NCBI GenBank assembly: GCA_002269645.1 | Contig: NIVC01001343.1 | Location: 62,001-126,000 of the forward strand | Source of the DNA: Macrostomum lignano | Lineage: Eukaryota | DNA: 64,000 nucleotides | Reading direction: 5' to 3' | In this document: positions 10,727-39,423 of the stretch, piece after piece | Position numbering within the stretch: the stretch's first letter is position 1 | Layout: the number at the start of each line of letters is the position of its first letter | Made by a program: the position numbers and the translations under genes | The notes under the pieces: model-generated | The model's database searches: none | What the model was told of the DNA's origin: nothing | Seen by the model: the letters and a program-made list of their open reading frames with translations, nothing else

Positions 10727-12436
10727 ATGTCTGCGAATTCACCGCATGAAGAGCCGGAGACGGGCAGCAATCCCAACTTGTCTTGCAGCTCACGAGGATG
10801 TAGAAATATGTCAGCTGGCGTGGGCCCAGTGTCCAATCTGCCTCTGTGCTCCTATCATCTGGAGCGCGACGTGAAAAAGGCAGGCGATATGCTGGCTAAA
10901 CTGCTTCGCAACCTGCGCTTGATGAGAGAGTCAAACGATAGACAGCAGTCACTGAAGCAGGAGTACGACTCGTTGACTTTGCAGCTGGCCGAAGTGCAGG
11001 CGACTTTCGATGCCATGCGAGACAGCATCGAGCAGTGGTCGGACACAGTGATGTCGCAGATGCAGCGGGCGCAGGATTCCGTAGCCGGCAAGCTTAGCGA
11101 TATGACCGAGGCGACCGACTGCGAGAAGGAGCTGACTCTTGCCGGCAACAGCGGCGACAACCAACGCATCGTGGAACTGTTAAACTCAACCGAGCTGTGG
11201 ATAGACGAGGCCAACGAGAGGTCAGCTGAATATCTTCGCACCAAGGGATCTACCAATCATCTGCCGGTTGCAGTGAAGCAGCTGCATCAGCTGATTGATA
11301 GTCAAATTGCCCACGTTGCTCAGGTGAATTCAGTTGCACCAGATCTTGCGAATGCACCTGGGCCCAGTCTGCAGCCACTGCATCCCGCCATCTCGGTCGA
11401 ACACAGCCGTTCTTCTGGTCAACAGCGGCAACCTACAGCTCCACCGGCTCCGACGGCTGCGCCGCCACCTCCACCGCAGCAGCCGATTGGTCGTCTTGTA
11501 GGTTCGATTGAATCCCTCACTAGCGAACCCTACCACGTAGCTGTGTGCACCAACACGGCTGGGTTCGTGTGCGACTCGAACAACCGAATAGTTAAGGCAA
11601 TCAGTTCTACGAATCAGCAGTTTCCATTGCCTCAGCCGGCTATCTTTGTCTCATTCCTTCCCGAGTGCATCGACTACCTGGCAGTGACGTCACTCACCGG
11701 ATACGATAAAGTTTGCTTCCAAAGCAACCTGGACTGGTCAGTGTGGATCAACGGGCTCCAGTGCGACAGTGCGCTTCAGTTGCTATTTATAGCCCAGGCC
11801 AATACCGTGACTGTGACCAATCTGGACGGCGAAGTGACCAGGGTGATCTCCGCCGGCAGCCTGGGCATGCCAATCGACTGGATTAGCAGCATCGCAGTCT
11901 CGGACAGCCAGGTGTTCATTCTTGACATCGGCAACAACTGCATCATCAGCGTTGACAGGGTGCTAGGCAAGGTGAATTTCTTAGTCGGCGGCCAAGAAAG
12001 CGGCGGCATCAACGCTGACGAGATGCACGAATTGGCTCTGCACGCCGACAACCTGCTGATCGTGACAAGAAGCGGACAGGTGCGCCAGCTGAGCCTGTCG
12101 GACCCGAGCCGCCGGCTTGGCAGGCTGCCCGTCGGCTTCCAACGGCCTCCGTGGAAAATGGCGGCTGACAGAACCGACAGGCTGCTGCTGTACGGCAGCG
12201 ACCCGGCGAGCAGCTCGGTGCGAATGCTCAGCATAGACGGTGATGGAGCTTTGCAGCTGCAGCAGCACCAGCAGTTGCCATCTCTAGCTGAATTTTGCAG
12301 CTCAACGTATGGCGCTTCGGTCACTTTAAAACGTCCACAAGGAGTAGCTGTGACCAAGCTGCCAGGTGACTCAGCCAGGTGCCTAGTGGTTGCGGACAGC
12401 GTCCAGATGAGACTGCTGGTGTACGAAATCCTGTGA
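10727..12436 (+). CDS. Intronless coiled-coil + NHL/beta-propeller repeat protein (TRIM-NHL-like, no RING)
   Basis: 569-aa ORF with GC-rich coding-like composition. N-terminal C-x4-C-x15-C-x2-H, heptad-rich helical region (about aa 45-190), Pro/Gln linker, then NHL-like blades (PYHVAVC...FVCDSNNRIV; ISSIAVSDSQVFILDIGNNCI; RPQGVAV...LVVADSVQMRLLVY). Domain call is by motif recognition only. Confidence 0.7.
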   Translation: MSANSPHEEPETGSNPNLSCSSRGCRNMSAGVGPVSNLPLCSYHLERDVKKAGDMLAKLLRNLRLMRESNDRQQSLKQEYDSLTLQLAEVQATFDAMRDSIEQWSDTVMSQMQRAQDSVAGKLSDMTEATDCEKELTLAGNSGDNQRIVELLNSTELWIDEANERSAEYLRTKGSTNHLPVAVKQLHQLIDSQIAHVAQVNSVAPDLANAPGPSLQPLHPAISVEHSRSSGQQRQPTAPPAPTAAPPPPPQQPIGRLVGSIESLTSEPYHVAVCTNTAGFVCDSNNRIVKAISSTNQQFPLPQPAIFVSFLPECIDYLAVTSLTGYDKVCFQSNLDWSVWINGLQCDSALQLLFIAQANTVTVTNLDGEVTRVISAGSLGMPIDWISSIAVSDSQVFILDIGNNCIISVDRVLGKVNFLVGGQESGGINADEMHELALHADNLLIVTRSGQVRQLSLSDPSRRLGRLPVGFQRPPWKMAADRTDRLLLYGSDPASSSVRMLSIDGDGALQLQQHQQLPSLAEFCSSTYGASVTLKRPQGVAVTKLPGDSARCLVVADSVQMRLLVYEIL

Positions 12437-13061
12437 CGATTCGAAAATCAACGGTTAACTCGCGACGTTAAAACCTAAAAAAGGCGTGCTAAGTAGGATT
12501 TATTGTAGTATTATTTTTAACCCAGCATATGATTTGAACAGTTCTTAGTGCTCACTTTCACTTCAAATTTCATATGCCAATTAATAAAAATAAGGAATCA
12601 ATTTGACTTCGCTGTCTGGGCTTTTCATTTAATCTATCATAGACTGAAAGTGAAAATTTGTTGAATTATATAACTGTTTATATATTTCTACATCCAGGAC
12701 TAAATCAAAGATTTGTAACTGTCTCACGGCAATTTTTTGCACTGGCCTCTTGAAGTTAATACTTTCAACGTCTACTTAGATAAAAGCGCAACTGTGTCCT
12801 GGCTGACAGGTTGGTTTTTTGAATAAAATTGTGTCGATACAAAAGGAAAGTGACAGGCAGTTGTGAAACGCTACTGAGCCAGAGAGAAGGAGAGTCCAAA
12901 GGGCTGCACAGATAAGCGAAGAGAAAGCAAAAAAAGAAGCTCAAAAAACTTTTTTAGCCATTCTTCCCCCCAAAAACCGAGACGAACTAAGCAACCACGG
13001 GCAGAACTGTTTTTGAACAAAATTTCTGTAAAACTGTTTTTTGACAATAAAATCTAACGTA

Positions 13062-28809
<15,748 letters not shown>

Positions 28810-29744
28810 CGAATAAAGAATCAGTAGCACTAAACATATACAAGTTTCATATTTTCCATAATAACGTTCATAAAAAAACAGATAAAACTAACAAAGCAAA
28901 AATTACTTTCCGTTTTCCTGACTTCTGACTTACAAGAATCGGCCAAGACAACAAAAATTAACAGTAGCCTCCAACTGTACTACTTGTGGTAGCAATAACA
29001 GAAGCGTTAATATCTGTGCAATTTATTTATAAATTAATACGCTTGTTGAAATTTACTTGGGCACAACATAAAGCGAAGAAGCGACATGAATTGACCCAAT
29101 AAATTATAGCTTTTAATGCTTGTCATGACAACGCAATTTTCGGGAAAAAAAAGCCGAAACAAACTACTACTAAGTAGACACGATGAAGAACTAACTAGCC
29201 AAAAACTCAATTAACTACCTTACTCTCACGTTAGCATACAAGGTAAAAGTATCAATAAATAGAAACGATAAAAGCGCTGGCAGTTGCGAGCTCAGGGCCA
29301 GAGAACGGTCACACAAAAAAATTAAAAAGCCATGCGCTTAAAGCGCTACTTTACTGTTATATAAGTAGCAATATCGAAGTAATCTAAATAGCAATAGCAG
29401 CCAACACCAAATGTACATGCAGCAGGCGGTAGGGAGCTGCAGAATTAAAAACGAGATTTGCAGGGGATGACTGAAAAGAAGTGCTTGAAAACGAAAATGC
29501 GAACAATATACCGAACAGAAATGTGTTTAAAATTATTGTTTCATAGATGTTTTTTGTTACAATTTGGGTAAATTGAATCAGCTGGATCAGAACACAACGA
29601 ATAACAGACAAAGAAAGCTGTTTAGCAAGGAGAGTTGCAATTATAATATATTCACTTTTAAATATAGCGACATTTTTCTTTTCTCTATTACAGGTGAGCA
29701 TTAACCGTCTTACGACTCAAAACTTAAGGGGGCAGATTCCTAGG

Positions 29745-30015
29745 TGGGGCCATACTTTGTGAGGCGGATTCCTGTGGGGGCGGATTTTCTGGGGGTGGAC
29801 TTTGTGGGGCGGATTCTTTGGGGGCGGATTCTCGGAGGGGGGCGGATATTTCAGAGGGTAGATGGTTAGGGGGCGGATTCTTAGGGGCGGATTTTTAGGG
29901 GGCGGATTCTTAGGGGCGGATCTCTAGGGGGCGGATTCTTAGGGGCGGATTTTTAGGGGGCGGACTCTCGTTGGGGGGCGGATATCTCAGAGGGCAGATT
30001 ATTAGAGGGGCGGAT
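29745..30015. repeat. GGGGCGGATT(C/T)T GC-box repeat, copy 1
   Basis: About 15 imperfect copies between the convergent GRL and Rab4 3' ends. Confidence 0.9.
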
Positions 30016-30132
30016 AAAAGCTGGATAACAGATTGCGCATCTATCGAGGTTTCAGTTACAGAAAAAGAAAACAGGATTCACAGGCAATAAAAGTTCATCT
30101 ATGAAATGTAGGGCGGCACACCCGGTGGCAGC

Positions 30133-33100
30133 TCAGCACTGACAGTTGTCCAGCGGCCCGCCGCTGTGGTCGCCAGCGCCGCCGCCGCCGCTGCCGCCAA
30201 GGCTCCGAGACCTGCCCGAGAAGGATCCGGCGGTGAACTGCACACCGGATCCCAGCCTCTCCGGATCTACTTCGCCAGACTCAATCTTCGACAAGATCGC
30301 CCTGGCGCAGTGCCCGAACGCGTCTTCAACATTTTCTCCAGTCTTGGCGGAAGTTTCCAGGAAAAGCAGGCAGTTCTGCTGGGCAAACTGGGACGCCTCC
30401 ATCAGGGTGACTTCGCGATCGGCGTCTAGATCGCGTTTATTGCCAATCATCACGATGGCGATGTTGGGGCTGGCCAGGCTGCGGGCATCGCTCAGCCAGT
30501 TGCTCAGCGCGTTGTAGGAATCGCGGGAGGTCACATCGTAGACTAGCAGGGCCCCGGCCGCGCCCCGGTAATAGGATCTGGTCACCGACTTGAACCGCTC
30601 CTGACCGGCCGTGTCCCAGATCTGGGAGGGGCCAGGGGTTGAGACACGTTGCTAGGGTGGATATCAGCTTAGCACTCCCGATAATCTTGTCTACCTCTTC
30701 GTGTCTACTATCTCTTGTCTACCTCTTCGTGTCTACTATCTCTTGTCTACCTCTTCGTGTCTACTATCTCTTGTCTACTGCTTCGTGTCTACTATCTCTT
30801 GTCTACATCTTCGTGTCTACTATCTCTTGTCTACATCTTCGTGTCTACTATTTCTTCTTTACTCATTTGTGTCTACTATCTCTTGTCTACCTCTTCGTGT
30901 CTACTATCTCTTGTCTACTGCTTCGTATCTACTATCTCTTGTCTACCTCTTCGTGTCTACTATCTCTTGTCTACATCTTCGTGTCTACTATCTCTTGTCT
31001 ACCTCTTCGTGTCTACTATTTCTTATTTACTCATTTGTGTCTACTATCTCTTGTCTACTGCTTCGTGTCTACTATCTCTTGTCTACTGCTTCGTATCTAC
31101 TATCTCTTGTCTACCTCTTCGTGTCTACTATCTCTTGTCTACCTCTTCGTGTCTACTATTTCTTATTTACTCATTTGTGTCTACTATCTCTTGTCTACCT
31201 CTTCGTGTCTACTATCTCTTGTCTACTGCTTCGTATCTACTATCTCTTGTCTACCTCTTCGTGTCTACTATCTCTTGTCTACATCTTCGTGTCTACTATC
31301 TCTTGTCTACTGCTTCGTGTCTACTATCTCTTGTCTACATCTTCGTGTCTACTATCTCTTGTCTACCTCTTCGTGTCTACTATCTCTTGTCTACATCTTC
31401 GTGTCTACTATCTCTTGTCTACCTCTTCGTGTCTACTATCTCTTGTCTACCTCTTCGTGTCTACTATCTCTTGTCTACTGCTTCGTGTCTACTATCTCTT
31501 GTCTACCTCTTCGTGTCTACTATCTCTTGTCTACCTCTTCGTGTCTACTATCTCTTGTCTACCTCTTCGTGTTTACTATTTCTTCTCTACTCATTTGTGT
31601 CTACTATCTCTTGTCTACTCCTTTGTGTCTACTATCTCTTGTCTACTCCTTCGTGTCTACTATCTCTTGTCTACCTCTTCGTGTCTACTATCTCTTGTCT
31701 ACCTCTTCGTGTCTACTATCTCTTGTCTACCTCTTCGTGTCTACTATCTCTTGTCTACTCCTTCGTGTCTACTATCTCTTGTCTACCTCTTCGTGTCTAC
31801 TATCTCTTGTCTACTCATTTGTGTCTACTCTCTTGTCTACATCTTCCTGTTTACTATCTCTTGTCTACTGCTTCGTGTCTACTATCTCTTGTCTACCTCT
31901 TCGTGTCTACTATCTCTTGTCTACCTCTTCGTGTCTACTATCTCTTGTCTACCTCTTCGTGTCTACTATCTCTTGTCTACTCATTTGTGTCTACTCTCTT
32001 GTCTACATCTTCCTGTATAATATCTCTTGTCTACCTCTTCGTGTCTACTATCTCTTGTCTACATCTTCGTGTCTACTATCTCTTGTCTACTCCTTTGTGT
32101 CTACTATCTCTTGTCTACCTCTTCGTGTCTACAATCTCTTGTCTACTCCTTCGTGTCTACTATCTCTTGTCTACCTCTTCGTGTCTACTATCTCTTGTCT
32201 ACTCCTTCGTGTCTACTATCTCTTGTCTACCTCTTCGTGTCTACTATCTCTTGTCTACTCATTTGTGTCTACTCTCTTGTCTACATCTTCCTGTTTACTA
32301 TCTCTTGTCTACTGCTTCGTGTCTACTATCTCTTGTCTACCTCTTCGTGTCTACTATCTCTTGTCTACCTCTTCGTGTCTACTATCTCTTGTCTACTCAT
32401 TTGTGTCTACTCTCTTGTCTACATCTTCCTGTATATTATCTCTTGTCTACCTCTTCGTGTCTACTATCTCTTGTCTACCTCTTCGTGTCTACTATCTCTT
32501 GTCTACTCCTTCGTGTCTACTATCTCTTGTCTACATCTTCGTGTCTACTATCTCTTGTCTACTCCTTCGTGTCTACTATCTCTTGTCTACTCCTTCGTGT
32601 CTACTATCTCTTGTCTACCTCTTCGTGTCTACTATTTCTTATTTACTCATTTGTGTCTACTATCTCTTGTCTACCTCTTCGTGTCTACTATCTCTTGTCT
32701 ACTGCTTCGTATCTACTATCTCTTGTCTACTGCTTCGTGTCTACTATCTCTTGTCTACCTCTTCGTGTCTACTATCTCTTGTCTACTGCTTCGTATCTAC
32801 TATCTCTTGTCTACCTCTTCGTGTCTACTATCTCTTGTCTACATCTTCGTGTCTACTATCTCTTGTCTACTGCTTCGTGTCTACTATCTCTTGTCTACAT
32901 CTTCGTGTCTACTATCTCTTGTCTACATCTTCGTGTCTACTATCTCTTGTCTACCTCTTCGTGTCTACTATCTCTTGTCTACCTCTTCGTGTCTACTATC
33001 TCTTGTCTACTGCTTCGTGTCTACTATCTCTTGTCTACCTCTTCGTGTCTACTATCTCTTGTCTACCTCTTCGTGTCTACTATCTCTTGTCTACCTCTTC

Positions 33101-36100
33101 GTGTCTACTATCTCTTGTCTACCTCTTCGTGTCTACTATCTCTTGTCTACCTCTTCGTGTCTACTATCTCTTGTCTACTCATTTGTGTCTACTCTCTTGT
33201 CTACATCTTCCTGTATAATATCTCTTGTCTACCTCTTCGTGTCTACTATCTCTTGTCTACATCTTCGTGTCTACTATCTCTTGTCTACTCCTTTGTGTCT
33301 ACTATCTCTTGTCTACCTCTTCGTGTCTACAATCTCTTGTCTACTCCTTCGTGTCTACTATCTCTTGTCTACCTCTTCGTGTCTACTATCTCTTGTCTAC
33401 TCCTTCGTGTCTACTATCTCTTGTCTACCTCTTCGTGTCTACTATCTCTTGTCTACTCATTTGTGTCTACTCTCTTGTCTACATCTTCCTGTTTACTATC
33501 TCTTGTCTACTGCTTCGTGTCTACTATCTCTTGTCTACCTCTTCGTGTCTACTATCTCTTGTCTACCTCTTCGTGTCTACTATCTCTTGTCTACTCATTT
33601 GTGTCTACTCTCTTGTCTACATCTTCCTGTATAATATCTCTTGTCTACCTCTTCGTGTCTACTATCTCTTGTCTACCTCTTCGTGTCTACTATCTCTTGT
33701 CTACTCCTTCGTGTCTACTATCTCTTGTCTACATCTTCGTGTCTACTATCTCTTGTCTACTCCTTCGTGTCTACTATCTCTTGTCTACCTCTTCGTGTCT
33801 ACTATTTCTTATTTACTCATTTGTGTCTACTATCTCTTGTCTACCTCTTCGTGTCTACTATCTCTTGTCTACTGCTTCGTATCTACTATTTCTTGTCTAC
33901 CTCTTCGTGTCTACTATCTCTTGTCTACATCTTCGTGTCTACTATCTCTTGTCTACTGCTTCGTGTCTACTATCTCTTGTCTACATCTTCGTGTCTACTA
34001 TTTCTTCTTTACTCATTTGTGTCTACTATCTCTTGTCTACCTCTTCGTGTCTACTATCTCTTGTCTACTGCTTCGCATCTACTATCTCTTGTCTACCTCT
34101 TCGTGTCTACTATCTCTTGTCTACATCTTCGTGTCTACTATCTCTTGTCTACCTCTTCGTGTCTACTATTTCTTATTTACTCATTTGTGTCTACTATCTC
34201 TTGTCTACCTCTTCGTGTCTACTATCTCTTGTCTACTGCTTCGTATCTACTATCTCTTGTCTACTGCTTCGTGTCTACTATCTCTTGTCTACCTCTTCGT
34301 GTCTACTATTTCTTATTTACTCATTTGTGTCTACTATCTCTTGTCTACCTCTTCGTGTCTACTATCTCTTGTCTACTGCTTCGTATCTACTATCTCTTGT
34401 CTACCTCTTCGTGTCTACTATCTCTTGTCTACATCTTCGTGTCTACTATCTCTTGTCTACTGCTTCGTGTCTACTATCTCTTGTCTACATCTTCGTGTCT
34501 ACTATCTCTTGTCTACCTCTTCGTGTCTACTATCTCTTGTCTACATCTTCGTGTCTACTATCTCTTGTCTACCTCTTCGTGTCTACTATCTCTTGTCTAC
34601 CTCTTCGTGTCTACTATCTCTTGTCTACTGCTTCGTGTCTACTATCTCTTGTCTACCTCTTCGTGTCTACTATCTCTTGTCTACCTCTTCGTGTCTACTA
34701 TCTCTTGTCTACCTCTTCGTGTTTACTATTTCTTCTCTACTCATTTGTGTCTACTATCTCTTGTCTACCTCTTCGTGTCTACTATCTCTTGTCTACTCCT
34801 TTGTGTCTACTATCTCTTGTCTACTCCTTCGTGTCTACTATCTCTTGTCTACCTCTTCGTGTCTACTATCTCTTGTCTACCTCTTCGTGTCTACTATCTC
34901 TTGTCTACCTCTTCGTGTCTACTATCTCTTGTCTACTCCTTCGTGTCTACTATCTCTTGTCTACCTCTTCGTGTCTACTATCTCTTGTCTACTCATTTGT
35001 GTCTACTCTCTTGTCTACATCTTCCTGTTTACTATCTCTTGTCTACTGCTTCGTGTCTACTATCTCTTGTCTACCTCTTCGTGTCTACTATCTCTTGTCT
35101 ACCTCTTCGTGTCTACTATCTCTTGTCTACCTCTTCGTGTCTACTATCTCTTGTCTACTCATTTGTGTCTACTCTCTTGTCTACATCTTCCTGTATAATA
35201 TCTCTTGTCTACCTCTTCGTGTCTACTATCTCTTGTCTACCTCTTCGTGTCTACTATCTCTTGTCTACCTCTTCGTGTCTACTATCTCTTGTCTACATCT
35301 TCGTGTCTACTATCTCTTGTCTACTCCTTTGTGTCTACTATCTCTTGTCTACCTCTTCGTGTCTACAATCTCTTGTCTACTCCTTCGTGTCTACTATCTC
35401 TTGTCTACCTCTTCGTGTCTACTATCTCTTGTCTACTCCTTCGTGTCTACTATCTCTTGTCTACCTCTTCGTGTCTACTATCTCTTGTCTACTCATTTGT
35501 GTCTACTCTCTTGTCTACATCTTCCTGTTTACTATCTCTTGTCTACTGATTCGTGTCTACTATCTCTTGTCTACCTCTTCGTGTCTACTATCTCTTGTCT
35601 ACCTCTTCGTGTCTACTATCTCTTGTCTACTCATTTGTGTCTACTCTCTTGTCTACATCTTCCTGTATAATATCTCTTGTCTACCTCTTCGTGTCTACTA
35701 TCTCTTGTCTACCTCTTCGTGTCTACTATCTCTTGTCTACTCCTTCGTGTCTACTATCTCTTGTCTACATCTTCGTGTCTACTATCTCTTGTCTACTCCT
35801 TCGTGTCTACTATCTCTTGTCTACTCCTTCGTGTCTACTATCTCTTGTCTACCTCTTCGTGTCTACTATCTCTTGTCTACCTCTTCGTGTTTACTATTTC
35901 TTCTCTACTCATTTGTGTCTACTATCTCTTGTCTACCTCTTCGTGTCTACTATCTCTTGTCTACTCCTTTGTGTCTACTATCTCTTGTCTACTCCTTCGT
36001 GTCTACTATCTCTTGTCTACCTCTTCGTGTCTACTATCTCTTGTCTACCTCTTCGTGTCTACTATCTCTTGTCTACCTCTTCGTGTCTACTATCTCTTGT

Positions 36101-38419
36101 CTACTCCTTCGTGTCTACTATCTCTTGTCTACCTCTTCGTGTCTACTATCTCTTGTCTACTCATTTGTGTCTACTCTCTTGTCTACATCTTCCTGTTTAC
36201 TATCTCTTGTCTACTGCTTCGTGTCTACTATCTCTTGTCTACCTCTTCGTGTCTACTATCTCTTGTCTACCTCTTCGTGTCTACTATCTCTTGTCTACCT
36301 CTTCGTGTCTACTATCTCTTGTCTACTCATTTGTGTCTACTCTCTTGTCTACATCTTCCTGTATAATATCTCTTGTCTACCTCTTCGTGTCTACTATCTC
36401 TTGTCTACATCTTCGTGTCTACTATCTCTTGTCTACTCCTTTGTGTCTACTATCTCTTGTCTACCTCTTCGTGTCTACAATCTCTTGTCTACTCCTTCGT
36501 GTCTACTATCTCTTGTCTACCTCTTCGTGTCTACTATCTCTTGTCTACTCCTTCGTGTCTACTATCTCTTGTCTACCTCTTCGTGTCTACTATCTCTTGT
36601 CTACTCATTTGTGTCTACTCTCTTGTCTACATCTTCCTGTTTACTATCTCTTGTCTACTGCTTCGTGTCTACTATCTCTTGTCTACCTCTTCGTGTCTAC
36701 TATCTCTTGTCTACCTCTTCGTGTCTACTATCTCTTGTCTACTCATTTGTGTCTACTCTCTTGTCTACATCTTCCTGTATAATATCTCTTGTCTACCTCT
36801 TCGTGTCTACTATCTCTTGTCTACCTCTTCGTGTCTACTATCTCTTGTCTACTCCTTCGTGTCTACTATCTCTTGTCTACATCTTCGTGTCTACTATCTC
36901 TTGTCTACTCCTTCGTGTCTACTATCTCTTGTCTACTCCTTCGTGTCTACTATCTCTTGTCTACCTCTTCGTGTCTACTATTTCTTATTTACTCATTTGT
37001 GTCTACTATCTCTTGTCTACCTCTTCGTGTCTACTATCTCTTGTCTACTGCTTCGTATCTACTATCTCTTGTCTACCTCTTCGTGTCTACTATCTCTTGT
37101 CTACATCTTCGTGTCTACTATCTCTTGTCTACTGCTTCGTGTCTACTATCTCTTGTCTACTGCTTCGTGTCTACTATCTCTTGTCTACATCTTCGTGTCT
37201 ACTATCTCTTGTCTACATCTTCGTGTCTACTATCTCTTGTCTACCTCTTCGTGTCTACTATCTCTTGTCTACCTCTTCGTGTCTACTATCTCTTGTCTAC
37301 TGCTTCGTGTCTACTATCTCTTGTCTACCTCTTCGTGTCTACTATCTCTTGTCTACCTCTTCGTGTCTACTATCTCTTGTCTACTCCTTCGTGTCTACTA
37401 TCTCTTGTCTACCTCTTCGTGTCTACTATCTCTTGTCTACCTCTTCGTGTCTACTATCTCTTGTCTACTGCTTCGTGTCTACTATCTCTTGTCTACCTCT
37501 TCGTGTCTACTATCTCTTGTCTACCTCTTCGTGTCTACTATCTCTTGTCTACTCCTTCGTGTCTACTATCTCTTGTCTACCTCTTCGTGTCTACTATCTC
37601 TTGTCTACTCCTTCGTGTCTACTATCTCTTGTCTACATCTTCGTGTCTACTATCTCTTGTCTACTCCTTCGTGTCTACTATCTCTTGTCTACTGCTTCGT
37701 GTCTACTATCTCTTGTCTACATCTTCGTGTCTACTATCTCTTGTCTACCTCTTCGTGTCTACTATCTCTTGTTCACCTCTTCGTGTCTACTATCTCTTGT
37801 CTACCTCTTCGTGTCTACTATCTCTTGTCTACTGCTTCGTGTCTACTATCTCTTGTCTACTCCTTCGTGTCTACTATCTCTTGTCTACCTCTTCGTGTCT
37901 ACTATCTCTTGTCTACCTCTTCGTTTCTACTATCTCTTGTCTACTCTTTCGTGTCTACTATCTCTTGTCTAACTCTTCGTGTCTACTATCTCTTGTCTAC
38001 CTCTTCGTGTCTACTATCTCTTGTCTACTGCTTCGTGTCTACTATCTCTTGTCCACCGTCTTTTATCTATCTTATCTTGTCTACCCTTTCATGTCTTCCC
38101 TCTCCCGTCTACTCTCTCCTGTCTACCGTCTCGTCCACTCTACTGTCTACCCTTTTATAGACACTCTTCTCTACTTCTCTTCTCATAATCTCTCCTGACT
38201 ATGCTCATCATTTACCGCCCTGAGCATCACCTGCAGTTTCACAGTCCGACCATTCACGTCGATAACTTTGCTGCCAAACTCCACTCCGATTGTGTGCGAC
38301 GAATCGGCCTTAAATTTTCGCTCAAGAAACTGGTGCAACAGACAGGATTTACCTGTGCCAGCTGAACCAATTATCAAAAATTTAAACAGGTACTCGTAGG
38401 GATCAGTTGAAGAAGCCAT
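30133..38419 (-). CDS. RAB4: Ras-related GTPase Rab4, 225 aa; exons 38419-38231 and 30621-30133
   Basis: [24 protein letters not shown]...[10 protein letters not shown]...KLQ|[29 protein letters not shown], plus GNKRDL, ETSAK and a C-terminal CQC prenylation motif. The P-loop GSAGTGKS is typical of Rab4. Phase-0 intron CAG|GTGATG ... CCCAG|ATC. Confidence 0.95.
30685..38060. repeat. ~7.4-kb 28-bp minisatellite CTACTATCTCTTGTCTACCTCTTCGTGT filling the Rab4 intron
   Basis: About 260 copies. The unit is a diverged 14+14 dimer and gives stop-free ORFs in all three plus-strand frames. Confidence 0.98.
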
Positions 38420-39057
38420 CTTTGCCTAATAGTTGTTCTTTAATTGGATTAAAATAAGCTGAAAAAAGAATGAAATAAAAATAAAAATACATTAACGCTA
38501 CTTGCAGTAGAGAAACGAATATTAAAGCTAATATAATACAATTAGGAAAAAATACAATATCACGTTTCATACTACTGCTGCTTACACTAAGTAGTACTAT
38601 GAAATACGATATGCAAATTCTTCCAATTAAAAATACAGTAATTAAAATTGAGACAACTTTTTAAACTACAAATGCCTTTCACAAAAAAAAATTTTTGCAT
38701 CAAATGCCTTCATTTATAGGAGTTTTACTTATCGAAATTTTAAAATTTAATTTTAACTCCCCATCGAAGACATTAAAACACAGTGCCATTGGTATAAATT
38801 ACAAATGCTTATTCGATACGAGAACAGTGCAAACACACAAACCAAAAATATCATAACGTAGAAACAAACTTTCTATACATATCGTCATGAGCAAATTAAT
38901 AAAGTTAATTTTCGATACATACCGTCAGTAAAAAAAGCCTAAAATGCATATTTTGCAATAAACACAACACACTCGAACCGCTACTCGTATTTAACGGGTC
39001 ATTGAAGCTAAGTGTAGAAAAAGTACTTGATTCATATCGAAGATAAGTATGGAAATA

Positions 39058-39410
39058 ACTTTTCGATACATATCGGCAGAGAAAATATGCAAAATAACCT
39101 ACTTTTATAGCAAATATAAATAATGATACTTTTCGATACTTATTTGAAGAAAATGCATGCAAAATAACCCCACTTTTCGATACATATCGGCAGAAAATGT
39201 ATACAAAATAACCCCACTTTTCGATACATATCGGCAGAAAATGTATACAAAATAACCCCACTTTTCGATACATATCGGCAGAAAATGTATGCAAAATAAC
39301 CCCACTTTTCGATACATATCGGTGGAGAAAAATATGCGAAATAACCCACTTTTCGATACATATCGGCAGAGAGCGTATGTAAAATAACCAACTTTTCGAT
39401 ACATATCGGC
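39058..39410. repeat. 44-bp minisatellite (TACATATCGGCAGAAAATGTATACAAAATAACCCCACTTTTCGA) between POLE4 and Rab4
   Basis: Period 44 (39181, 39225, 39269); about 8 copies. Confidence 0.9.
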
Positions 39411-39423
39411 AACTAATAATTGT

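Noticed and set aside
30639-38198. Very long plus-strand ORFs (up to 1651 aa) of [13 protein letters not shown] repeats
   Set aside because: Artefact of a stop-free 28-bp repeat read in all three frames; it lies antisense within the Rab4 intron.
30133-38419. Rab2 or Rab14 identity
   Set aside because: [24 protein letters not shown] and the CxC terminus fit Rab4 better.
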